64,000 bases of DNA from a virus (taxonomy: Duplodnaviria; Heunggongvirae; Uroviricota; Caudoviricetes): the IMG/VR virus record IMGVR_UViG_3300028886_000047; one strand, written 5' to 3'. Below are positions 28,401 to 37,661 of the stretch, piece after piece. The first letter of the stretch is position 1. The number at the start of each line of letters is the position of its first letter. The position numbers and the translations under genes are program-made. Below the pieces are notes generated by a model. The model made no database searches, was not told the DNA's origin, and was given only the letters and a program-made list of their open reading frames with translations.

Positions 28401-30257
28401 AATAGGGAGGAAACTATATGGGAAATGACTAATTCCATAGATATTAATCCCGAAAATAGAAAAGAAAGGATAACTTTAGGAGGAGGCATAGAAAATTTTG
28501 AAACTAATTTAGAAATGTTGGCATTAAAACATGAATATGCTTATATTTAGAAACAAGAAGTTAATAAAATATTGCCATTTATGAAAGCCCTTTCAATTCA
28601 TTTGGCTAATCAAGGAATTATATTAAATGATAATTTTGAAAATGACCTAAATTATATCTAGAATTTTATAAAAGCTAAAATTCAAAATAAAAAATTATAG
28701 GATATTTAGTCGTTAGATAATTCATTTGTTTCTGATTTAATGAAAGGAACTTCAATATTAGCATTAGCGTTTAATCCCAAACAGCTCTATCAAATAATAG
28801 ATGGATTGTGGAAAGATATAAGATTAATTGTACAAAATGCTCATCGAGAGGGTGATGTAAATATGTCATTTAAAAATTTTAAGGATTCATTTTTTTGGAT
28901 AATACAAGATGTTGCAAAATTTAATGGAGAATTATCTATAGGAGAAGCCTTGAATCAATTATATGGAATTAATGATATGGATATAAACTAGCTTCCAAGT
29001 AGATACGCTAAAGATACTTATGGAACAGATAGGCTTCAAAAAGCTATGTTTAGATTTGCGTCAAGGCCTGACTATTATAATCGTATGACTATTTTTGGTG
29101 CACAGATGAGAGGAGACGGTTGTTTTGAAGCTCATTCAATAGTTGATGGTCAGTTAGTATATGATTGGACTAAGGATAAACGTTTTGATATATTTGCTAA
29201 ATATAAAGGAGATATATCTAAAGTTCCTACTTCAGAACAAAATAAATTCAGACAATAGCAATCTTTATATAGTGCTATGGCAGACGAAATGGTTAAAGAT
29301 GGAACTTTAAATCCTGATGGAACTAAATTTGTTAAAGATATGAAAAATCCTAAACCCCTTCCAAAAGCTTATACAGTAAAATAGTCTGAATCAATGAAAG
29401 CATTAGGAGATAAAACTTATGGTTATTATGCTTCTGAAAAGAAATCATTAATACAAAGTTTTACCTTAGGAGCTATTATATTTCAAATGAATACGTTCTG
29501 GTCTTCCAAAAAGAATCAATATTTCTCTGGAAGAGGTTATACTTAGGAAGGGGAATTTGTTGATTATGTTGAAGAAAATCCAGAAGATCCAGAACATCCG
29601 ATAGAATATTGTTAGAAATACAATAAAGAAACAGGAGAAATGGATATAATAAGAAAAGATGTTGAAGACACTGGAATCCCTTATAAAGTGTGGAAAGGTC
29701 GTCCTCAAGAGGGAATAGTAATAACTCTTAGTCATATGATAGCTAATATAATTACTGGAGAAAGAGATTATGAGGGAATACGTTTTTGGGACCCATATTG
29801 GAATGATGATGACCCCTATCTTAGAAAAATGTATAGAGCAAATCTTAGACAATTATTAGCAGACTTACTTGGAATGATATTGATTGGTATGATAATATCT
29901 CCCAGTCTAGTAAATGCCGCAAATAGTTATGCTAAAGAAACGGGTTCTGAAACCATAGGAGAAGCGACAATGGGATATTTAGCCACTTTATCTGCGGGGA
30001 TGTTACAAACATCTACTGATGATTTTAATTTTACAAAATCAGTATTTGGTAGAGGTATTCAATGGACTCCTTTTTCTTTACAATCTGGAACTAGATTTTT
30101 AACTAATTGTGGAAATTGGTTATTTGGAGATTAGGATTTTTATGATACATTAACAAAACAAATAGCATTTACAAGAAATGCTAAACCTATTATGAACTTT
30201 ATAAAAAATGAAACTCTCGGCAGAGACATAGGAGATAATGGAAAATCTAAAGAATAA
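25443..30257 (+). CDS. large late-module protein (1604 codons), TAG-recoded, unknown function; hydrophobic segment near the C-terminus
   Basis: Frame 3. ATG 25443 is the first ATG after the frame-2 stop. Open to TAA 30255-30257 with only TAG interruptions. Track ORFs 26145, 27687, 28122, 28740, 29046 and 29640 are fragments. Confidence 0.55.
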
Positions 30258-30282
30258 AAAAAAATAACGGAGAACTGAACTC

Positions 30283-30324
30283 AAAAAAAAAATAAAGGAA
30301 GAATGATATTCATTCTTCCTTTTT
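30283..30324. terminator. bidirectional intrinsic terminator: A-run, perfect 10-bp inverted repeat ggaagaatga/tcattcttcc (30297-30319), T-run
   Basis: Seen directly. The hairpin is flanked by aaaaaaaaaataaa upstream and ttttt downstream. It sits between convergent genes ending at 30257 (+) and 30310 (-). Confidence 0.6.
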
Positions 30325-31020
30325 CCATATATATTTTCCAGCTGTTTTATATTTTCCTTTACAACATAATGAAATACTAGATTGAGAAATTCCCGTAATA
30401 CTACTAGCTTCTGAAATAGATTTATAATTTTTTAAGAAATTTCCAGTTAAGTCGTATTGTTTTACATTATAAGTATTATATTTATTTGCTTTTTCTAAAA
30501 CATTTTTTAAAGTATCTCCTTCTAATAGAGCATAACTCCAAATATAATTTTTATATTTTGTACGTTCTCCATTCAAAACTCTATATATCTTTGATGGATT
30601 AAATCCATCAATTGATGCCTAATTAGCATTATTCCATTCTTTTATAAAATTTCCTTTTAAATCATACTAATATACTTTTTTTCTAATAATATTTTTCTTA
30701 TCATTTACATTATCAGGATTAAACTCTTTTACCCAATCTTTTAAATCTCCTATATCTATTTTATATTTTGAAAATATTCTTAATACTTCCGGATTTTTCT
30801 AAAATAATTCTCTACTTATTTTAAAATTTTTACATAAAGTATGTAATTCTTTTTCAATAATTTTATCTTCTTTTTCCTAATCCAATGTAGTTTTAGGATT
30901 AACTATTAAATTAACTAACTAAACATTTTCTCTTGCGTTTTTAAATGAAGAAAATCTTTTATAAATATTAGAAGTGATTCCAATTTTATAACAAGTCTAA
31001 AAATCAAATAAATAAATCAT
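30310..31020 (-). CDS. T5orf172 (GIY-YIG-like) domain plus two NUMOD1 DNA-binding repeats; homing-endonuclease-like; requires TAG readthrough (5 in-frame TAG)
   Basis: ATG at 31020-31018. N-terminus MIYLFDFQTCYKIGITSNIYKRF matches the T5orf172 pattern. Two repeats Y(Q/TAG)YDLxGNF(I/L)K and ISEASSITGIS match NUMOD1. In-frame TAGs at 30619, 30667, 30799, 30877, 30919 and 30997. The track shows only the 3' fragment 30310..30576. Confidence 0.6.
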
Positions 31021-31220
31021 AAAAATTTAAGTTTAAAAAATTATTTTACCTAATTTATTATTCCCATATTTTTATCAAAATATTTTATTATTTTAATATA
31101 TTCTTTCCTTTAAAATTTTAATTTTAACATATCTAAAATTATCTACAATCGATTTTTATAGTAAAGTTGAATAATTTATCATCTAAAAATTTTTAGACTC
31201 TTATAGAAAAAAATAAAAAA

Positions 31221-31260
31221 ATAAGGCTGTACTATCAAATTAATGATAATACAGCCTTAT
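31221..31260. terminator. bidirectional intrinsic terminator: long imperfect hairpin ataaggctgta-c-tatca / tgata-a-tacagccttat flanked by A-rich and T-rich runs
   Basis: Seen directly. It lies between the minus-strand module (flotillin gene ends 31274) and the T5orf172 gene. Confidence 0.6.
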
Positions 31261-31273
31261 TTAATTATTTTTT

Positions 31274-32716
31274 TTATTTATTTGTATTTACAGGAATTTC
31301 TCCTTTAATATCATAATTCTTATTTACCTTAGCATCGTATGTTTCAGCTTTCATTATATCAGACATATCAACTCCTGTTGCAGATTTAACTACATCAAAT
31401 GTTTGTTTGATAACAGCAGGAACATTTCCAGATACTGTAGAAGCATCTCCGCCATATATATTCATGTTATCAATAGCACTAATTGGCTTAGCAACACTCT
31501 CGGCAACATTAGGAAGAATCTTGGTAATCATTTCAATGACAGCTGCACTACCATACTTCTTGAATGCTTCAGCCTTCTTTTCCATTGCTTGAGCCTCAGC
31601 AAGACCCTTAAGCTCAATTGCTTTAGCTGAAGCTTCACCTGTCTGTGCTATTTTATAAGCTTCTGCCTCTGCTTCTGCCTTAATACCTATAGCCTTCTGC
31701 TCATAAGAATATCTTTCTGCCTCTGCCTTTCTTTTTGCCAATTCCAAATCAGCTTCTGCCTTCTTAGAAATTGCATACTTATCAGCATCTGCTTTCTTGT
31801 TAACCTCTGCTTCTAATTTATTCTGCATAACTTTAACTTGTTCTGCAGCAAGCTCCTGCTCCTTTTGAGTTCTAATAATCTGAGCCTCAACAGTTCTGGT
31901 ATTTACTTCCTTTAACTGCTGCTGTTTCTGAATTTCATAAGCTGCATCAGCAATAGCTTTCTTTGTATCACTTTCTTTCTTTAAATCTGCTTTCTTTATT
32001 AACAGTTCATTCTGTCTTTCTGCAATCTGAGTTTCAGAGAGTACTTGAGCATCATTAGCAAGTTTTGCATTTTCTGCTGCAACTATTGCAATTTCCTTCT
32101 GTGCAATAGCTTTGGCGTTAGCTGCTTCTTTCTTAATCTTCCAAGTGTTATCAGCACCCATATTCTCAATAAGGCCTTGTTCATCAGTAACATTTTGAAT
32201 ATTACATGACAAGATAGAAATTCCTAACTTCTCCATATCTTTTTGAGCTTTATCCTGAACATTATTTGAGAAAGCATCTCTGTCATTATTAAGAGATTTT
32301 AAATCTACTGTGCCAATAATCTCTCTCATATTACCTTGCAGAGAATCTTTTAATTGTGTAGCAATTTGAGTAACATTCATATTCAAGAAATTCTTTGCAG
32401 CTAATCTAATTCCAGCTAATGTATTAGTAGGAGCTACTTTAGCAACAGCATCTACTTTTACATTGATAAAGTCTTTAGTCGGAACAGGGACATCTGTCTT
32501 AATGTCAACAGTAATCTGCCCAAGATATAGCTTATCAAGTCTTTCAAAGAATGGAATCTTAAATCCACCCTTTCCAATAAGAATACGAGGTTCTTTACTA
32601 AGTCCTGCTATTATGTAAGCCACGTTAGAAGGAGCTTTTACATAAGAAGCAAAGAATAAAACTACTAACAAAATTGCAACAACTGCAATAGCAATAAACA
32701 TTAAATTAATTGTCAT
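31274..32716 (-). CDS. SPFH/band-7 flotillin-like membrane protein (N-terminal TM helix, SPFH domain, Ala/Glu-rich coiled-coil repeats)
   Basis: Hydrophobic N-terminus FIAIAVVAILLVVLFFA. C-terminal AEAEAEAYKIAQ...AEAQAMEKKAEAF repeats are typical of FloT/YqiK-type flotillins. Confidence 0.65.
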   Translation of the reverse strand: MTINLMFIAIAVVAILLVVLFFASYVKAPSNVAYIIAGLSKEPRILIGKGGFKIPFFERLDKLYLGQITVDIKTDVPVPTKDFINVKVDAVAKVAPTNTLAGIRLAAKNFLNMNVTQIATQLKDSLQGNMREIIGTVDLKSLNNDRDAFSNNVQDKAQKDMEKLGISILSCNIQNVTDEQGLIENMGADNTWKIKKEAANAKAIAQKEIAIVAAENAKLANDAQVLSETQIAERQNELLIKKADLKKESDTKKAIADAAYEIQKQQQLKEVNTRTVEAQIIRTQKEQELAAEQVKVMQNKLEAEVNKKADADKYAISKKAEADLELAKRKAEAERYSYEQKAIGIKAEAEAEAYKIAQTGEASAKAIELKGLAEAQAMEKKAEAFKKYGSAAVIEMITKILPNVAESVAKPISAIDNMNIYGGDASTVSGNVPAVIKQTFDVVKSATGVDMSDIMKAETYDAKVNKNYDIKGEIPVNTNK

Positions 32717-33290
32717 AATACTCTTTTAATAAATTAATAACATTAGGATTAACATATCTGCTTAAATGCTCATCTGAATAATGAGCATCCATTTTATTTC
32801 TAGTTCTTAATATTTCTCTAATTCGAGTAGACGATATAGAATTTGCTGGCCTATCACATATTAGAAAATTATAATCTTGAATTATTGCTTCACCATTCAT
32901 CCAATCTGGAATATCCTTAATAGTATCTTCTCCACACAAAATATATATTTCATCATTACAATATTTATTCTTTAAAGCATGGAGAGTAGCATAACTATAA
33001 TAAGGTGGAATAAGTTCTTTTTCTATTAGAGAAATTAATAAATTAGATTCTATTTCGAAATCATTATCAAAAGTATATGGAAAAAATATTTCATTTCTCT
33101 CAATTAAACTATTAATAATAATTAAAACCCTTTTATTAATATCAAGAACTTCCTCCTTTTTCCAAGGATTTTGCATTGTTGGAACAATAATTACTTCATC
33201 CATTTTAAAGTCATTTAAAGCAGTTTTAACACACTCTAAATGACCATTATGAAATGGATTAAATGAACCAAGATATAATGCAATTTTCAT
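32706..33290 (-). CDS. nadD: nicotinate-nucleotide (NaMN/NMN) adenylyltransferase, NadD family
   Basis: GSFNPFHNGH (HxGH nucleotidyltransferase motif) and the C-terminal ISSTRIR motif of NadD. Confidence 0.7.
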   Translation of the reverse strand: MKIALYLGSFNPFHNGHLECVKTALNDFKMDEVIIVPTMQNPWKKEEVLDINKRVLIIINSLIERNEIFFPYTFDNDFEIESNLLISLIEKELIPPYYSYATLHALKNKYCNDEIYILCGEDTIKDIPDWMNGEAIIQDYNFLICDRPANSISSTRIREILRTRNKMDAHYSDEHLSRYVNPNVINLLKEYYDN

Positions 33291-33418
33291 ACTGGAAAAC
33301 CTGTAGAAGCAAGTTTTACCTTTTCTTCTAACTGTTTAATTTTCTCATCTTGTTCCTTTTGGTGATTTTCTAATTCTTCAATTCTTTTAAGAATTAATTG
33401 TTCTTCTCTATAAGTCAT
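33287..33418 (-). CDS. small coiled-coil ORF (43 aa), ATGA-coupled to nadD
   Basis: ATG 33418 to TGA 33287-33289. Overlaps the nadD start by 4 nt. Below the track size cutoff. Confidence 0.3.
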   Translation of the reverse strand: MTYREEQLILKRIEELENHQKEQDEKIKQLEEKVKLASTGFPV

Positions 33419-33441
33419 CTTATATTAAATTTAAAATGATT

Positions 33442-33636
33442 TTATAAAATGTCATTATCGTAAATAGAAATACCTTCTTTAACAATAATTATTTTTTTAT
33501 TACAATCTGGACAAATTATCCAACAATTTCCATGAGGACGTTTTTCACATATAACATCTCCTTGTACATATTGTAACTTAGCCTTACAACTTGGACAAAT
33601 AACTGTTCTTATTCCGTGTTCTAATACTTTAATCAT
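33442..33636 (-). CDS. small zinc-ribbon protein (two CxxC pairs)
   Basis: CPSCKAK...CPDCNKK. Confidence 0.4.
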   Translation of the reverse strand: MIKVLEHGIRTVICPSCKAKLQYVQGDVICEKRPHGNCWIICPDCNKKIIIVKEGISIYDNDIL

Positions 33637-33851
33637 ATTAAATCTTTAATGTTCTCCAAATACCTTAATTCAGATTCATTTGTAGCTGTTTCTATTTGAT
33701 AATCAAGTAATGACTGAGCTATATTTAAAAGATAACATTTTTCTTCATCTGACATTGCATCATTTACTTGAGTATCTTTAATAAAGTCTCTTAATCGTAT
33801 AGCAAATGTTACATCATTTACTATACGATTATCTTTAATAGGATTATTCAT
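33633..33851 (-). CDS. hypothetical protein
   Basis: Track ORF, same strand, 4-nt overlaps with both neighbours. Confidence 0.4.
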   Translation of the reverse strand: MNNPIKDNRIVNDVTFAIRLRDFIKDTQVNDAMSDEEKCYLLNIAQSLLDYQIETATNESELRYLENIKDLI

Positions 33852-33973
33852 TTCTTTTTAAATTGATTAAATATATCCTCAAATCCTGGAGGTAAATCGT
33901 AAGAATTACCTTGATTTTTAATTTTATAATTTATTTCAGCCATTATTCGCTGAAACTCTTCATATCCTGTCAT
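33848..33973 (-). CDS. small ORF (41 aa)
   Basis: ATG 33973 to TGA 33848. Fills the gap, with ATGA overlaps at both ends. Confidence 0.25.
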   Translation of the reverse strand: MTGYEEFQRIMAEINYKIKNQGNSYDLPPGFEDIFNQFKKK

Positions 33974-34164
33974 AGCCACTTAGTTGTAGTACATGTTACT
34001 CTCCAATCATTTGGATTAAATGTTTTGTCTGTTAAGGTATAAGGTTTAAAACCTATTTCTGGATATTTATAATTTGAATAATCATCTTGAAGCAATGTTG
34101 TAGCTTCTTCTAAAGATAATCTATTTTCCTTAAATGCTTTTAAAATAATTTCTGTTTTAGTCAT
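33970..34164 (-). CDS. hypothetical protein
   Basis: Track ORF. Confidence 0.4.
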   Translation of the reverse strand: MTKTEIILKAFKENRLSLEEATTLLQDDYSNYKYPEIGFKPYTLTDKTFNPNDWRVTCTTTKWL

Positions 34165-34852
34165 AAATAGATAAATATAAAGGTTTAAATTTCATCTTAT
34201 ATTGTTCATTTAATAAAGATACACAAGCAGTTTGTGTTCCATTATAATCTACAACTTCATGGTCACAAGTATGAAGATGTCCAAAAAAATGGTATTTAGG
34301 ATGTTTAGTTTTCAATACTTCTGCTAATTCTGGGTTGCCAATATGAGAACCATCTGCCCACCACACTGACTTATCAAGAATTACATCACTTCTACCATAA
34401 GCAGCGTCATGAGTAATTAAAAAATCTAAATTATCAGGAATCTTCTCAAATTGCTCAAGTTCATATTCTGGACTCATCATAAAAGCCCAATCCCCAAATG
34501 TATGACATAAAGGAGAGCCCCAAATTTTATATTCCTTACCTGTATTTAAATCTATAAAAGAAGCTCCTTCATTATTTAAAATAATGATATTAGTATTTCT
34601 GACAGCTTCTTTACATAAATCCATCCAAGCTTCACCTAGTAGATCGTGATTGCCGAATACCATGTAAATAAAATCTACTGGTTGGTTTTTACACCATGGA
34701 ATAAATACTTCTTTAAACCATTTGAAAGATTGTGGAATGTTCCGCTGTATTCGCAACGGAACAATATCTCCACAAATAAATAATATATCACTTTCTTCTA
34801 TAGACAATCCTTCAAACTGTCCATGAATATCGCTTATAGCACATATTTTCAT
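34157..34852 (-). CDS. calcineurin-like metallophosphoesterase
   Basis: ISDIHG...CGDIV...GNHD motif series. Confidence 0.6.
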   Translation of the reverse strand: MKICAISDIHGQFEGLSIEESDILFICGDIVPLRIQRNIPQSFKWFKEVFIPWCKNQPVDFIYMVFGNHDLLGEAWMDLCKEAVRNTNIIILNNEGASFIDLNTGKEYKIWGSPLCHTFGDWAFMMSPEYELEQFEKIPDNLDFLITHDAAYGRSDVILDKSVWWADGSHIGNPELAEVLKTKHPKYHFFGHLHTCDHEVVDYNGTQTACVSLLNEQYKMKFKPLYLSIYD

Positions 34853-34973
34853 ATATTTAATATATATTTTGCTAATTTTACTTCGTTATCTGACCCTGTA
34901 TGCTTTACTACAGCAACAGAGCGGGAAATCCAATATTCCCGCCCTGTTTCTTTATCAATTATTGGAAAATTTT

Positions 34974-35549
34974 TCATATTGTTATTAATCCATTTTCTTC
35001 TATAAAATTATTTAATATTGTACCATCATCAATAGAAACAATTCCATCTAAGTACAGTTTAGGAGAAATGCCAACATCTAGGAGATTTTGAGTAGTTTCT
35101 TTTACACAATAATCTCCAGCAATTCCACACACTATAAAATCATTATTAGCATTTACAGTAGCTATGGAATCTAAATAATATCTTTCTCCAAATTCATCTT
35201 GACAGTATTCAATGTCAGAAAATGCTCCATATTCTTCAACTTCTTCAATTTGACCTTTAGGAACTACTTCAAAATCTATTTCCAAAGAATGAATAAATTT
35301 CAGTAATTTTGGTTCAATACATGCTCCAGGTGTAAACTGTACACAGTGAGATGGCCAGATTCCACCACTTCTTTTAAAAGACATGTGATTGTAAGGATGC
35401 CAATCTACAGTAAGAATAATTTTTTCAATATTCTTTTTGTTATTAGAAATAAATTCTTTGATATTAGCTACTATATTAGAGGCTCCTTTTACCTTCATTG
35501 TTCCGCTAATAAAATCATTTTGACAATCTACAATAATTAAAGTAATCAT
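34974..35549 (-). CDS. pncA: nicotinamidase/pyrazinamidase (PncA), isochorismatase-like hydrolase
   Basis: VDCQNDF (catalytic Asp), DWHPYNHMSF plus WPSHCVQFTPGA (metal-binding His/Asp), VPKG...YGAFSD (catalytic Lys region), GIAGDYCVKETT (catalytic Cys). Confidence 0.65.
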   Translation of the reverse strand: MITLIIVDCQNDFISGTMKVKGASNIVANIKEFISNNKKNIEKIILTVDWHPYNHMSFKRSGGIWPSHCVQFTPGACIEPKLLKFIHSLEIDFEVVPKGQIEEVEEYGAFSDIEYCQDEFGERYYLDSIATVNANNDFIVCGIAGDYCVKETTQNLLDVGISPKLYLDGIVSIDDGTILNNFIEENGLITI

Positions 35550-35625
35550 AAAAATTTGTTTTTAAAAGTTGAAGAAATTATATTTAAAAATATTATGAAA
35601 AATATGATGAATATTATAAATTCAA

Positions 35626-36192
35626 TCATTTCATTCCTTTAATTCGTTGAACAAATAAATCTGTTTTCTTGTCTCTTTTCGGAACTGTGAAAATTCCTTC
35701 AGTATGTTCTCTTAAATATTTAAAAAGATTTTCATTGTGTTCTGGGAACCATATTCCAGGCCAAAATAGATAACAGTGATAAACATTCCAATACTTTTTA
35801 ACTGCTTCCTTTACAGAAGTATTTCCGTTCATTCCTGCAATAACTATTTCATTGGATTCAGAATATTTTATGTTCTTTTCAACTGTGTTCCAAGATACAC
35901 ATATTTCATACGGAATTTTCAATCTCCATAAGAGCTTAAGAATTGTTGGTTCGATACAAGCTCCTGGAGTCCATTGAACACAATACATAGGATAATCTCC
36001 TCCATTTCGTTTAAAATATTCTTCATAAGGACTATTTAAAACGCACTTAAAGATAACCTTTTCAATATCTTCTTTATTTCGATTTATCCAAATCTTAGTA
36101 CGTTCAACAGCTTCTTTGCCACGTTTTTTCACTGACATGGAACCTGTTACAAAGTCAAGTTGGTCATCTACTAATAAAAGAATTTTACTCAT
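35626..36192 (-). CDS. PncA-like paralog lacking catalytic Lys/Cys and metal ligands (probable pseudo-enzyme)
   Basis: Alignable to 34974..35549 (VDDQLDF, CVQWTPGACIEP retained). DWHP becomes KCVLNS, HCV becomes YCV, VPKG is lost, GDYCV becomes GMNGNTSV. Confidence 0.5.
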   Translation of the reverse strand: MSKILLLVDDQLDFVTGSMSVKKRGKEAVERTKIWINRNKEDIEKVIFKCVLNSPYEEYFKRNGGDYPMYCVQWTPGACIEPTILKLLWRLKIPYEICVSWNTVEKNIKYSESNEIVIAGMNGNTSVKEAVKKYWNVYHCYLFWPGIWFPEHNENLFKYLREHTEGIFTVPKRDKKTDLFVQRIKGMK

Positions 36193-36679
36193 GTTGTAAT
36201 GATTTAACAGTTTCTGAAATTAATTTTCCATCTGCTGTGGGATAAATTTCTTTAACTGACTTAATAACTTTACCCATTTCCTTTTGAGTAAACCCATTTG
36301 GATACAATCCATAGACAGCCTCTTGGATTTTCTCTTTAGAAATTTCTGGAGGGAGAAGTTCTTTTAGATATTTCATTTGTTCTTTATACATATCCGCCAA
36401 GTCTTTACGACTATTAGCTTCATACATAGAAACTTGTTCTTCTCTTTCCTTAATTAATTTTCTAATAATCGAAAGGTCTAATTCATTTATCCAAATTTCA
36501 ACCTCGGTAGCAGGGTCTTCAAATACTCTAAATTTAAATCCTGTAAGTTGTTTGCCTTCAGGTTTAGGTTTTTTAGAAGAATTATTTAAAAGTAATTCAG
36601 CTTTAATAGCTCTATAAGCCTCTTTAGCAGCTCCGTTCTTTTCTAAAGTTGCTATTTTAATTAGTTTGTCTATATCCAT
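36185..36679 (-). CDS. GatB/YqeY-domain protein
   Basis: C-terminal ...MGKVIKSVKEIYPTADGKLISETVKSL resembles the YqeY family. Confidence 0.4.
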   Translation of the reverse strand: MDIDKLIKIATLEKNGAAKEAYRAIKAELLLNNSSKKPKPEGKQLTGFKFRVFEDPATEVEIWINELDLSIIRKLIKEREEQVSMYEANSRKDLADMYKEQMKYLKELLPPEISKEKIQEAVYGLYPNGFTQKEMGKVIKSVKEIYPTADGKLISETVKSLQHE

Positions 36680-36878
36680 TTGTTTCTAAAATATCAACAT
36701 TATTTATTAACCAATCATCTGAATGACCAGTAACATAATCATAACAATTTGGAGGAAAACCATACTGGTTATCAAATGCCTCATAAACATCATCCATTGT
36801 ATAATTTTCAGGAAGTTCTAAATTAACTTCTTTACTAATTTCTAAAAATACTCCTACTTCTACTTTCATAATTACCAA
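36657..36878 (-). CDS. hypothetical protein
   Basis: Track ORF. Confidence 0.4.
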   Translation of the reverse strand: MVIMKVEVGVFLEISKEVNLELPENYTMDDVYEAFDNQYGFPPNCYDYVTGHSDDWLINNVDILETNGYRQTN

Positions 36879-37201
36879 CTATCTATATCTGTTATATCAA
36901 TTATTTCTCCAGTATCTAATACATGGAGTTTTACTCCCCAACCTATTCCACCACAAGGATAAAATTCATAAGATATTGTTCCTTTAGTTTTATAGATTTC
37001 TTCAGCTGATTCATGTTCTTTATCGGAAAGTCTGAATACTACGCCAGCTTTATTGTTCGGTATTATTAGATATTTTCTGGAATTGATAAATTTCCATTTC
37101 TTGAATTTATCTATTACTTTATAATAGATATGCTTTAATTTAGAAACTTGCTTAATTTTTCCAGATTTATCAATATGAAAATACATTGATTTCATATACA
37201 A
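36872..37201 (-). CDS. hypothetical protein
   Basis: Track ORF. Confidence 0.4.
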   Translation of the reverse strand: MYMKSMYFHIDKSGKIKQVSKLKHIYYKVIDKFKKWKFINSRKYLIIPNNKAGVVFRLSDKEHESAEEIYKTKGTISYEFYPCGGIGWGVKLHVLDTGEIIDITDIDSW

Positions 37202-37584
37202 CTCATAAATATTTCAGTTATTATATCAAGATTCATCATTACTTGGTCATGAACATCAATCTTTTCACATTCTTTTAAATGTTTTTTCCAATGTTCTTTC
37301 CAAGCCTCTATATCATTTTCCCCTCTTTTATGATAGTCTTCACTCGGAGAAGTTGTATAAGGCCATGGGCCTAATATAATTTCATATTCACATCTTGACC
37401 ACCATTGATACAATGATTCATTTTTTATAAATTCTTTAAATTCATCAAATGTCTTTGGTTTATTGCTTTTCTTATTATAGCAATTAATAAGATGTGGAAT
37501 TATATCATAAGGCTCAAATTCCTTACTATTAAAATCGTAGATAATTACATTAAATGATTTATTCATAATTACAAGCTGGTTCAA
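37192..37584 (-). CDS. hypothetical protein
   Basis: Track ORF. Confidence 0.4.
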   Translation of the reverse strand: MNQLVIMNKSFNVIIYDFNSKEFEPYDIIPHLINCYNKKSNKPKTFDEFKEFIKNESLYQWWSRCEYEIILGPWPYTTSPSEDYHKRGENDIEAWKEHWKKHLKECEKIDVHDQVMMNLDIITEIFMSCI

Positions 37585-37661
37585 GTGGGTCTACATAACA
37601 ATCTAAATCATTACAATAATAACGTTTAGATTCTTTTTTGCAATACCCGCATTTTAAACAA

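Noticed and set aside
14288-29852. Minus-strand track ORFs 14288..14599, 22709..22951, 23733..23951, 26567..26848, 28229..28489, 29466..29852 (and 6..227, 714..1052, 10291..10659, 11899..12174)
   Set aside because: They are antisense to the giant recoded + strand genes. They are low-complexity, Ile/Phe/Leu-rich and typical of AT-rich antisense noise.
30258-31273. tRNA or CRISPR array in the inter-module region
   Set aside because: No cloverleaf-compatible segment was found. The only periodic elements are two inverted-repeat terminators. The space is occupied by the T5orf172 gene once TAG is read through.
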